NCBI GenBank assembly: GCA_051294375.1
Contig: JBJCIZ010000947.1
Location: forward strand, 1-37,538
Direction: 5' to 3'
DNA from: Paraspadella gotoi
Lineage: Eukaryota > Animalia > Chaetognatha
Length of the DNA: 37,538 nt
Shown here: positions 1 through 10,619 of the stretch, one piece after another
Layout of the letters: the number at the start of each line of letters is the position of its first letter
Numbering within the stretch: the stretch's first letter is position 1
Program-made: the position numbers and the translations under genes
The notes under the pieces: generated by a model
Seen by the model: only the letters and a program-made list of their open reading frames with translations
The model's database searches: none
What the model was told of the DNA's origin: nothing

Positions 1-399
1 AAAAGAGAGAGATCGATCCGCTCTTTTAGGCAAGAAGAGAAGAGCTCGCGGTAAGAGAGGTAAAGAGAGAGAGAAGAAGAGTAAGTCCGCCGCTGGCAGC
101 TACCGATCGGATCGACTTGTCAGCTGCGCGGATCGGAGATTAAGGAGATAGAAGGAGTTGAAGAGGGAGTAAGAATAGCCGAGCGCAAAAGTCGAAGTCA
201 GAGGAAGAAGCCGACGGCGGCCGCGCGGCTGCTCCCGGGGCTGCGCTGTTTCGAGGCTTCTGAGTATAGCCATGAAGATAGACCAATCTTTTGAGAATTT
301 TCCCCAGGATAAAAAATACCGGGACAGACGGACAGAAGAAAGTGACTAGAGTCGCGGGCGTCCAGTCGCCCAAACTTTATCCTTTAATATGTTTTTAAA

Positions 400-700
400 A
401 GATTAGGTTCAAGTTAAATTAGGTTAAATGGTTAAGGATTATGTAGTGGCGTTAACATTAGTTTAAAGGTTATGATTAGGGTTATGAAGGTTAGTATTAC
501 GTTTGTGGGGTTAAGAATAGGTTTAGAAGGTTAAGATTAGTTAAATGTTTAGATTAGGTTTGTGTGGTTTAAGATTAGGTTTAAAGGTTAAGATTAGGTT
601 GTGGGGTTAAAGATTAGGTTAAAGTTAAGTCTAAGAGATAAATTCGCGATTCGGTTAGAAATTGGTTTAGGGTTAGGGATTAGTCATAGATATTGGGTTA
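400..700. repeat. Degenerate TTAGG-containing array (unit ~AGATTAGGTTAAAGGTTA)
   Basis: Repeated ggttaagattaggtt; reverse complement of the arrays at ~18750-19080 and 22860-23160. Confidence 0.8.
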
Positions 701-879
701 AGTATTTAGCAAAGGTTTTGGTTAGATATTAATATTAATATCAAAAAATAAGTTTGAGTTGGATTATGCAACAGAAACAATGGTGCTTTCAGAAAATAGT
801 GTCAATTTTATTTTTAGATGAATAGATAAGTAAACGTAGACAGAAAAGAGAAGTCATAAAGAAAGGAAAAAGCTAAATA

Positions 880-1252
880 AAGAGTGGAATGAAAATAATA
901 AATAGAGGAAGAGAAGTAATAGAGATGGAAAGAGAAAGTAATGAAGAGAGGAAAGAGAAGTAAATAAAGAGATGAAAGGAACTAAAAAGAGAGGAAGAAA
1001 AATAATAAAAAAGGAAAGAGAGTTATAAAAGAGGAAAGAAAATAATAAATATAAGAAAAATAAGTAAAAATAGAGGAATGAGAAGTAATAGAGAGAGGAA
1101 AGAAAAGTATAAATAGAGAAAAGAGAGTAATAAGAGAGGAAAGAGAAGTAATAAAGAGAGGAAAGAGCAGTAATATAGAGAGGAAAGAGAAACCAATAAA
1201 AGAGGAAAGAGAAGTAATAAAGAGAGGAAAGAGAAGTAATAAAGAGAGGAAA
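880..1252. repeat. 22-nt minisatellite (AGAGAAGTAATAAAGAGAGGAA)n
   Basis: Repeated gagaagtaataaagagaggaaa; mirror of 22306-22690 and ~18110-18540. Confidence 0.85.
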
Positions 1253-1347
1253 TTAGGTTAAAAAAAGAAATCAGCCGAAATCGAATGAGGATGTGATGGG
1301 ATTAGGGGGTTGAGGAGGGCAGAGAGAGAGAGAAGAGAGGGAGAGAG

Positions 1348-1394
<47 letters not shown>

Positions 1395-1399
1395 AGTCA

Positions 1400-1730
1400 G
1401 AGCCGGAGAAAAAAAAAAACAGCAAGTTTTAACGAGTTGCGATTCTGTGACTTTGTTTTGCCTCCACATTTTTGCCTCCTATTTCGGGTAATTTCTTCCC
1501 GTGTTTGATCCGGTTCCATCTCTGTATCAAGAGAGCTTGATTCCATTTCGATGATTTCTCTCCCCAGTCTCTGATCCGGTTCCATCTCTGTAACTCCTTG
1601 TAATGCCCATTTACAGACATGATGACGTGATTATATTAGGAGATCGCATTTCTACTTGGACATGACATTTTTGAACTACATGCGTATATTTTTGTGAATT
1701 CCTGACCTCACGGTTTGATTTTCAGTATTT
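1400..1730 (-). pseudogene. Possible exon or coding remnant (Glu-rich, EMEPDQ motif twice), frameshifted in all copies
   Basis: gatccggttccatctctgta occurs twice (~1507, ~1573). Adjacent frames read ...VNGHYKELQ / MEPDQRLG.EIIEMESSSLDTEMEPDQTREEITRNRRQ. Noisy copies at ~17595-17940 and 21940-22105. No family recognised. Confidence 0.2.
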
Positions 1731-2046
1731 TAATGAGCCAATAGCATAGAACAGAACAGGACAGAGAAAACCAGACAGAACGGGCAGACAAACAGAATGA
1801 TAGACAGACTGACCGACGATACTCGCGGCGGCCGCAACTGAAAAAAAACGCAAAAAAAAACATAAAACGCTTCACTGTGTTTAATAGAAAGAAAACGGGT
1901 GAGGCAGCTGTGGCCAACAGTATGCGGCAAATAAATCGCTCATTTGAATTCGCTTTTCCGATGTAAACTCAATTTTTCGGGAACCTTAAGAGGCCGACAT
2001 CACCGACAGCTTCGTATAAAGAAAAAAAAGAGAATCCTTTGATTGC

Positions 2047-2091
<45 letters not shown>

Positions 2092-2260
2092 GGGGGAGGG
2101 AGAGAGAGGGGGGAGGGAGAGAGAGAGAGAGGGGGAGGGAGAGAGAGAGAGAAGGGGGGGACGGGGAGAGAGAGAGAGAGGGGAGGGAGAGGGAGAGAAG
2201 AGAGAGAGAGGGGGAAGGAGAAGAGAGAGAGTGGGGAGGGAGAGAGAGAGAGAAGGGAGG

Positions 2261-2294
<34 letters not shown>

Positions 2295-2760
2295 GAGAGA
2301 GGGGGGGAGGGACAGAGAGAGAGAGAGAGGAGGAGGGAGAGAGAGAGAGAGAGAAGAGGGGGGGAGGGAGGAGAAGAGAGAGGGGGGGAGGGAGAGTGAG
2401 AGAAGAGGGGAAGGGAGAGAGAGGAGAGAGAGAGGGGGAGGAGAGAGAGAGAGGGGGGGTGAGGGAGAGAGAGAGAGAGGGGGAGGGAGAGAGAGAGAGA
2501 GAAGAGAGAGAGAGAGGGGAGGAGAGAGAGAGAGAGAGAGAGAGGGGGGAGGGGAGAAGAAAGAGAGAGAGAGGGGGGGAGGAGGAGAGAGAGAGAGAGG
2601 GGGAGGGAAGAAGAGAGAGAGAGAGGGAGGGAGAGAGATGAGAGAGAGTGGGGAGGGGAGAGAGAGAAAGGTGGTGGAGGGAGAGAGAGAGAGGGAGAGG
2701 GGGAGGAAGGAGGAGAGAGAGAGATAAGAGAGAGAGAGAGAGAAGAGAGGGAGAGAGAGT
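2047..2760. repeat. Long impure (GA)n polypurine tract
   Basis: About 700 nt almost entirely G/A; mirrored as a (TC)n tract at ~16458-17220. Confidence 0.95.
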
Positions 2761-3131
2761 ATTGTATTAGGAGGGGGAGGGGAGAACGAACTGTTGGTGT
2801 CTGTCTAGAGTTTTTGTTTGTTTATTTCGAAAAAAAAGAAAAAAAAACAATTGTATTGGTATAATTCTATAATTGTATGTTTATCGTCGTTTCATGGTTT
2901 GAAATTTTATATATTAATCTAATTGCAAATAATTTATATTATTTCCTTTTTTTTTCTTTTACGTACTTTCTTCTTTTGCTGACATCAAACTTAACGGATT
3001 TCTTAGGTAAGCGGATATGATAATGAGCTCTCTCTCTCTCTTCTCTCTCTCTCTCTTATATATATATAACTATAATATATATAATAATTATATATATATG
3101 TCCTCTCTCTCTTCTCTCTCTCTCTCTCCTC

Positions 3132-3166
<35 letters not shown>

Positions 3167-3584
3167 GCTTTTGCCTAATGAACGGGCCCATGATTTAAAG
3201 CTGCTTCAAGTTCGTAAAAAAAAAAGAAAAGAAAAAAAAAGAGAAAATAATTTGAGAATTTCCCGCCTCCGATTTTGAGAAATCGATCCCTCGACGACTT
3301 ATTCAGAAAAATCGATTGCTGATTGTCGAAACGGCGCGAACGCCTCCCCGATTGTCGAAATTTTAATAGAGAAAAATCGCCGATCCATAAATTCTCGATT
3401 ACACGACTTACCAGAGAAATAAGTGATTAAAAAATCACTTATTTTCTTCTTTCTTTTTTAAACACAAAAACTCATATCATAAATTATGTCATCAAATTAA
3501 TATCATCAAATTATATACAGTAGTTTGACATTTGCCTAAGTTCACCCCGCCATATAAGCATGAACACCTTCAAGTTGTGAACCA

Positions 3585-3995
3585 GAGGTGGCTCATTTGA
3601 GTAAAGCATCAGCTATGACCACTAGGTTACCTGGTTGGGATTGAACCCGGTACCTACCCAACGGGAAAGCGTGAGGATGCCCGTAAACCACCTTGTGGGC
3701 TTGGAAAACCCTCAAAGCCTGGTTCGCAAAGCCCAGAATGCCTATTCCATGGCTACAGAGGAGGCCAATAGAGGTTACGGATAATAGTCATCAGCCCACT
3801 AAGCGCCTTTATCCACATACCATACGTATTACGTACTGTGAGAACGTTTTGATTTTTAAAGTTTAAGGACCTGCCTAGTTTATTCCTACAACATGGTTTG
3901 GACGGCCTTAAAACCACCATAGCCCTGTCCAACGTCAGGGCAATGATAGTTTTTAAAGAATGGATAATTTTATATTGGTTTGTACCAATTTTCAT
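3585..3995 (+). mobile_element. ~400 bp SINE-like element, copy 1
   Basis: Starts with A-box-like gtggctcat(t)tgagtaaagc, then hairpin aggt(t)acctggtt-gggattg-aacccggtacct; ends ...tatattggtt(t)gtaccaatt(t)tcat. Independent diverged copy at 36505-36952. Confidence 0.6.
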
Positions 3996-4709
3996 AAATT
4001 TTTTAGCCTACTATGTCCTTTCTCTTACTGTATAATTAACAATAATTAAATTCAAACAATAATATCATTAAGTTAAAACTTACTTATTATTTAGAAAATT
4101 TAGTCTTGTTTAATCTAATATAGGCGAAACAAATAATTGTTGCAATTTTCAAGTCGTAGTCAACGTCTTCAGAACATGAGTTTTATTCTTTTCTATATTA
4201 CGTCATTATTTTTAAAAGTCAACTTTTCCATCATTTTGTCAGTTTACTTTGAATTGAACGCAGAGAAAGAATAAATTGATTGTCTCTTGCGTCAAAAAAA
4301 ATGTGTCACCGAATCCAATTTTAACTGTCAGTCGACAAACTGACGTTTTCTCTTTTCCTCCTCCTCTTTCCTTCTCCTCCTCCTCCTATTCTCCTCCTCC
4401 TCCTCTTTCCGATGAGACACTTGTTCCTTTAAACTTTTTGCATTCTCACCGATGCGGGTGGAGAGAGAGAGAGTGAGAGAGAAAAAGAGAGAGAAGAAGA
4501 GAGAGAAAAAAGACAAAAATTTCTCCTCTCTCTCCTCTGACTCTGTCTTCTGCATCAGCGGAATTTTCTCTGAATCGATTTCCCACATGATCTGACTCTC
4601 TTCTCTCTCTCTCTCGTCATCTCTCTTCGTCTCTCTCTCTCTCTCTCGCTCTCATACGCTCTACCTCTTTAATTTACCATTCCATTTATTTCGATGTTTC
4701 TTCTATGTA

Positions 4710-5313
4710 CACTGCGGCGCAAAAAAGTAGCTTACTTATTAGCTTTAAATATTTACTTTATATCCCACTATATTTATTTTTTAATTTTAAGAAAATATTA
4801 AATGAAAAGATATTTTTTTTAAAAAAAGCTAATCGATTGGTAAAAAAAAAATTAACTGGTTCAGGCAGAAAAGAAAACAGAGTCTAAAAACGCGAATTTT
4901 AGGAAAAAAAAATGATTTTTAGAGGTTAACTGGATAATATTTTTTTTCTGACTGAATTGATAAAAAATTATTTTTTTTCTATAATAGTTTTGTTACTTAT
5001 TTTAATTTTATTTAGGTCAAAATAGTTGACACTTTTGTTTATTAATATTCTATGCAAGTTTTGTTCTGCCAGTTTCAATAATTATATAATATTTTATAAT
5101 AAAGAAAAATTATTAACTCTTTAAAACTTTTTTTTTTTAAATTTTTTTAAATAAATCATTTTAACGTCCTTTAACTTTCCAACCGCTTTTATTAGGAACT
5201 AAGCCAATTGTTTTTCATCTTTCAATAAGCTTTGTTTTATATTTCTATATTCAGCCATAAAAAAAATGTTTTTTTTCAATGTGAAAAAGTGGCTATTTTT
5301 TTGCGCGGAGTGG
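4710..5313. mobile_element. Tc1/mariner-type MITE (noisy mirror copy)
   Basis: ta|cactgcggcgcaaaaaaagtagc ... gctatttttttgcgcggagtg(g)|ta; mirror of 13975-14556. Confidence 0.75.
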
Positions 5314-5424
5314 TACTACAGATCTTTTTAGCTTACCGTTCCTTATACGGTAGGGAACCTAAGTAATTAAAAAAAACTTTAGAGAAAACAAAGTTTGTTT
5401 GTTTGTAAACAACGATTTTATTCA

Positions 5425-5475
5425 CAATTGGGACAGTGTTTCGGCTCTTGCCTTAAGCCTTCATCAGCGTTTTGT
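5425..5475 (-). ncRNA. Minimal type I hammerhead ribozyme motif (Penelope-type)
   Basis: Minus strand reads CTGATGA-A-GGCT-taaggcaag-AGCC-GAAA-CA(C)TG-TC, followed by AATAAA about 10 nt downstream. Helix I pairing is poor (about 1 bp). Confidence 0.65.
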
Positions 5476-5740
5476 TTATCATTAACAAGTTTTCTCTCTA
5501 ACATTGAGTTTTTGAGGGAGGGAGAGAGAGAGAGAGAGAGAGAGAGAAGAGAAAAAAGAGAGAAAATATAAATCTTCCAACAACAGAGTGGAAAAGGACA
5601 GTGTCCAGATTGAGGACAGGTGAAGGTAAGGGGAGAGAAGAAGAGGAAAGTGGTTTGAAAAAAATGAATGGTGAAAATTGAGAGAGACAGAGGGAGAGAA
5701 AATAGTTACATTTTTGTAATGTATAACAATTAGGGTTCCA

Positions 5741-6184
5741 TTGGGATTCCTCCCAACAGGATTCCTCCCACGGCGGGATTCTCCCACCGCGGATTCCTCC
5801 GCACACGGGTTTCCCTCCCACACGGATCCTTCGACAAGGGATTCCTCCCAATGGAAATTGCTCCACACGGATTCTCTCCCAAAGGAATTTCGCTCCCACA
5901 CGGGTCCTCCCAACAGGAAATTCTCCCACGCGGGATTCCTCCCACAACGGGTTTCCTCCCACAGAATTCTTCCCCATGGAATTCCTCCCAAGCGGGATCC
6001 TCCCACGCGGATTCCTCCACACGGGAATTCCTCCCATGCGGGATTCCTACCCACAGGAAGATTCCTCACACAACGAGATTCCTCACACGAGATTCCTCCA
6101 CAACGGAATTCCTCCCACGCGGGATTCTCCATGGCCGGGATTCCTCCTCACACGGGATTCCTCCACGCGGGGATTTCTCCCACG
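5741..6184 (+). repeat. ~16-nt minisatellite (GGATTCCTCCCACACG)n
   Basis: Repeated ggattcctcccac units with variable length. Confidence 0.95.
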
Positions 6185-6256
6185 TCCAATAAAAAAAAAA
6201 CAAGTTTGAGCACAATGTCGGATCTGCCTACGATAATTAAGTGGTAATAAGCTAAC

Positions 6257-6450
6257 TTGGGTCAACTTGCATAATTTAATCAACTTGCATTATTTGGTCA
6301 ACTGGCATACTTTGGTCAACTGAACAAAATTTGGTAAACTAGGCATCAATTTGGTCAACAGGCTAATTTGGTCACTGGCATAATTTGGTTAATTCCTGCA
6401 GAATTTTGGTCAACGTGGCATATTTTTTGTCAATTGGGCATAATTTGTCA
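6257..6450. repeat. 18-nt minisatellite (TTGGTCAACTGGCATAAT)n, about 10 copies
   Basis: ttggtcaactggcatact, ttggtcaactgaacaaaat, ttggtcactggcataat, ttggtcaacgtggcata etc. Confidence 0.9.
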
Positions 6451-6694
6451 ATCAATCATCAATCAATCAATCAGAGAGAGATAGAGAGAGAGGAAACTAT
6501 TAAAAAATTCAAATAAATGTGTCTTTTGTTTTCTAATTTGAACTCTTTTCCACAAGCTACGATTACATCAAAAAAATTTATATTCAGCTTTAATCACATA
6601 TTTCCTACCCACACAAATTTTTTATTTTAATGAATCAATTTTTCCTTGAACAAGAAATATGCAACAAGTTAAAGGTTTAATCAAAAATTTAAGG

Positions 6695-7430
6695 GTGGAA
6701 TTCCCGTTGGGAAAGAATGCGTGTGTGGGAGGATCCGTGTGGGAGAAATCCCGTGTGTGAGGAAATCAGTGTGGGAGGAAATCAGTGGTGGGAGGAATCC
6801 CGTGTGGGAGGAATCCGCGTGGGAGAATCCGTGTGGTGAATCGCCAGTGGGAGGAATCCCCTGTGTGGGAGGGAATCCGTGTGGGAGGAATCCGCGTGGG
6901 AGGAATCCCGTGTGGAGGAATCCCCGCGTGTGAGGAATCCCGTGTGGGAGGAATCCCGCGTGGGAGGAATCCCGCGTGGGAGGAATGCCCGTGTGGGTGA
7001 GGAATCCGCGTGGGAGGAATCCCGTGTGGGAGGAATCCCGCGTGGAGAATCCCGTGTGGGAGAATCCCGTGTCGGGAGGAATCCCGCGTGGGAGGAATCC
7101 GGCATGGGAGGATCCCGTGTGGGAGGAATCCCGCTGGGAGGAATCCCGTGTGGGAAGGATCCCGCGGTGGAAGGAATTCTTTGGGGAGGAATCCGTGTGG
7201 AGGATCCCGTGTGGGAGGAATTCCTATGGGGGAGGAATTCCATGGGGAGGAATCCGTATGGAGGAATTCCTTGGGGAGGAATCGTGTGGAGGAATCCCGC
7301 GGGAGGATATCCCCGTGTGGGAGGAATCCCGTGGTGGGAGGAATCCCATGGGGAGGACTCCCGCGTGGGAGGAATCCCGTGTGGGAGGAAATTCCAGTTG
7401 GGAGGAATCCCGTGTGGGAAGGAATACCAC
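6695..7430 (-). repeat. ~16-nt minisatellite (CGTGTGGGAGGAATCC)n, inverted relative to 5741-6184
   Basis: Repeated gtgggaggaatccc; reverse complement of the left array unit, longer array. Confidence 0.95.
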
Positions 7431-7807
7431 AAGCCAACAACAATTAGCTATCCCTAACCACATTATTCTTCCTTTCACTATATTCAATCTTAAATATTAA
7501 ATATGTTAGTTTATCCTTAAAATTTGTTATTTAATCCTTAAATCTGTTATTATTTATTTAATTTGTTTATAATTACAAAAATGTAACTAATTTTCTTCCC
7601 TCTGTCTCTCTCAATATTTCCACCATTCATTTTTTCAAACCACTTTCCTCTTCTTTCTCTCCCCTTACCTCACCCTGTCCTCAATCTGACCACTGTCTTT
7701 TCACTCTGTGTTGGAAGCTTTATTTTCTCTCTTTTTCTCTCTCTCTCTCTCTCTCTCCTCTCTCTCCCTCAAACTCAATGTTAGAGACGAAAACTTGTTA
7801 ATTGAAA

Positions 7808-7856
7808 CAAAACGCTGATTGAAGGTTAAAGCAAGAGCCGAAACATGTCCCAATTG
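7808..7856 (+). ncRNA. Minimal type I hammerhead ribozyme motif (Penelope-type), second copy
   Basis: CTGAT(T)GA-A-GGT-taaagcaag-AGCC-GAAA-CATG-TC at 7815-7849 with palindromic CATG helix III; AATAAA at 7859-7864. Indels differ from the left copy; the two-copy consensus has a canonical core. Confidence 0.6.
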
Positions 7857-8420
7857 TGAATAAAACAAATCGTTTGTTAAAACAAACAAATTTTTCTTTT
7901 TTCTTTGTTTTCTCTAAATAATTTAAATAAGAAAAGAAAGGAAATAATATTAAAAACTTAAAATTGACAAACGACTCGTTTTAAAATTGAATGCCGCTAA
8001 GAAATTGTTTTGCTCCCTCTTTACATTAAATAAGGATACATTTTTAAGAACTATTTATTTTAAAAAAGGGGGGTTTTTTTATTAAAGTTCTCTCTCTCCT
8101 CTCTCTCTCTCTTCTTTCTCTTAATACTTTTTGCTTACATTGTAAGGAGGAATGCTTGCTGTCTTTCTTGCTTGCCCAACAAATTCATCTCTTGATGACG
8201 AAAAATTCGAAAATCGTGCGACCTGGTCAGACTGAGTCTCTCTCATCTCCGTCTCTCTCTCATCTCTCTCTCTCATCTCTCGTCTCTCTCTCGGTTCTTA
8301 GCAACTCACCTCTCTCTTCTCTCTCTCTCTCTCCTCTCTCTCTCTTGTCTCTTCTTCTTCTCTTCTCTCTCTCTATATCCTTCCTCCCATTTGGCGACTC
8401 GTATTTCGTGACGGTGGAGT

Positions 8421-8478
<58 letters not shown>

Positions 8479-9112
8479 GAGAGAAGAGAGAAGAGAATTA
8501 TGTTCCATTCCGTTTTCTTCCAAATTTTTTTTCTTTCTCCTCCGTCGACATTTATTCTTAACCGAAAGTCAGAAATAATCCGCGCGTGCGTCCGGGATGA
8601 CCTTTCCATGACGCTTCACCGACCTTGAAACTGACCCTTCGAATGATCTCAAAACCGACCCCGACTGACACCCCGAAAACGTACCGGTCAATTTCCTCCA
8701 TTGTTTTCGGTTCTGGTCACCAAAACAAAAAGGGAAAAAGCCTTCGATTTGATGATATGATTTTCGATTTTTTCCTTTTATTGGCATTTGTTTAGGTGTT
8801 TTTTATGCTTTGAAATAAAATTCCCGCCCTCTCTTCCTCCTCTCTCCATCTCTCTCTCTCCTCTCCTCTCTCCCTCTCTTCTTCTCTCTCTCTCCTCTCT
8901 CTCATCTCCTCTCTCTCTTCGTTCACCCGACCCTCTCTCTCCTCCGCTCCTCTGTCTCATTCTCTTTCTCACTCTCTCTCTCTCTCTCTATCCACGCCGC
9001 ATCGGTGAAAATGCAATGTTTAAAGACTCGAGAGAAAATAGATGTATGTATGTATGTATTACTCTCAGTCCCTTTGATTTTCAACACTTCCGTCAACTTT
9101 TTTCTCTTATCT

Positions 9113-9310
9113 AACACACTTTTTATCCCCCTCTCCTGCCCCCATCCCCTCTCACTTTTTATCCCCTCTCCTCCCCGATCCCCCTCACTTTTATCCTCAC
9201 TTATGTGTACCCCTTCCACACTCATTTTAATAACCCTAACTGCCCCCATAAAAAACCCATTTTAAATCCCATCACCTACTCCTTCCACACTCACTTTTAT
9301 CCCCTCAACA
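9113..9310. repeat. Degenerate minisatellite with CACTTTTTATCCCC core
   Basis: cactttttatcccc-like motif at ~9117, 9153, 9186 and 9292. Confidence 0.55.
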
Positions 9311-9766
9311 ATACTCCTTCCATACCACCGTTTTCATAGCACCCCTATTAACGCCCTTCAAAAGGTCTCGAATCCCTCGACCCCGCCGGTCCGATATTTG
9401 GGCGTCGAGGACGGCCGCTGGTTTTGACCGGGTCCCCAGGAACGGGGCGCGACCCTTGGGCGATAAATTTTTTGAACGAGAGACAGAACGAAGAGAGAGA
9501 GAGAGAAAGAGAGAGAGAGGGAGAGGGAGAGAGAGGGAGAGAGAGAGGAGAGAGGAGAGAGAGAGATTGAGAGGAGAGATGAGAGAGAGAGATTGAAGAG
9601 AAAGAGAGAAAGAAAGAGAGAGATAAGAGAAGGAGAGAGAGAGAGATTAGATTTATTACCATACGATTAACCAGGAAAAGGTCATTTTGCGTTGATTTCT
9701 TTTTTTTTTGTTTGACGCCCTGTAAAATATGGTGACAGAAATTCGAGTCGTGAATTTGAATTTTCC

Positions 9767-9820
<54 letters not shown>

Positions 9821-10454
9821 CAGTCAAAGCCGGAAACTAAGGCCAAACTTCAACAACAAAACCAAATATCCCCACCGAAGCTGAAAAACAAAGAAACATG
9901 ATAAAAAGGGGCCCTGGAAGCGAAAACTCGGCATTGAAGGAATGTATATAACTCGTCAGACAAACAGACCGACAGATATACAAACATGCACAAACATACA
10001 GACGCCATACTTGAAGACATAACTAGTGAGACAAGGTAAAACGCTTTTTTTAATCTGATGACATGAGAACTCGGGAGAGCGAAAGAGAAAGGCAGATTGA
10101 CCTTATTTTCCAAGAACGCCACATTTCATCTTAAATTCGGAATTAACTTAAATATTACAATTATGGAATAGGTTAAGGATTAGGTTTATTATTTAAGACT
10201 AAGGATTAGGGTTTAGGTTAAAGATTAGGTTAGAGTTAATAACTTGTATTATGAATTATGGTTAAGGATTGGTATGTATATTTGGTCGCAGATTAGGGTT
10301 AAATAATAGGGTTAAAATTATATTCAAAGATTTAAGAACAGAAATTAAGCTCTTTTGGAAAAAAGAGCCCATTTTCTTATGACATTGTTTCTATGGTTTG
10401 CTTTAACTATGATGTTGTAGCGGTAATATTTCATACCCCGTTACTCGTCCAAGA

Positions 10455-10532
10455 AATCAGCAGTATTTATGGCGCCGAAGGTATCACGAGTTCCTCCCAA
10501 CAGAGAGGATTCGTGTTCGCGCCCTGCTGATT
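10455..10532 (+). pseudogene. tRNA-like sequence (tRNA pseudogene or SINE head, possibly Gly-CCC derived)
   Basis: A-box-like tggcgccgaaggtatcacg, anticodon-loop-like CT-CCC-AA, B-box-like gttcgcgcc, closed by a 9-bp stem aatcagcag/ctgctgatt. Cloverleaf stems imperfect. Confidence 0.45.
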
Positions 10533-10619
10533 CATAAAAGAAAGTGCGATGGGGCGTCTAACTCACCTGTACTGTAGTAAAGCGTAATAAAAGTAATATA
10601 CGAAAATTTTATATGTAAA

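Larger units (their letters stand above)
5378..7918. mobile_element. Non-autonomous foldback-like element with ~350 bp inverted termini resembling Penelope pseudo-LTRs
   Basis: 5378-5730 is the reverse complement of ~7564-7918 (tttagagaaaacaaag...gttacatttttgtaat / attacaaaaatgtaac...ctttgttttctctaaa). Inverted minisatellite arrays inside, unique centre, no convincing TSD. Confidence 0.75.

Noticed and set aside
400-700. True telomere at the window start
   Set aside because: Degenerate 18-nt unit embedded in flanking sequence and repeated internally.
2039-2641. Glu/Arg/Gly-rich ORFs, and the Leu/Ser/Pro-rich ORFs at 16376-17304 and 35201-37352
   Set aside because: Translations of GA/TC microsatellites.
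5741-7430. CRISPR-like appearance of the regular repeats
   Set aside because: No unique spacers, no cas genes, eukaryotic context.
5482-7500. Many overlapping 100-225 aa ORFs (WEESRVGGIP / GFLPHGIPP repeats)
   Set aside because: Open on both strands in all frames because the minisatellite unit lacks stops; variable unit length shows no frame preservation.
10054-10095. Other CTGANGA hits (10056, 12061, 15068, 15431, 35766 on minus)
   Set aside because: No helix II closed directly by GAAA.
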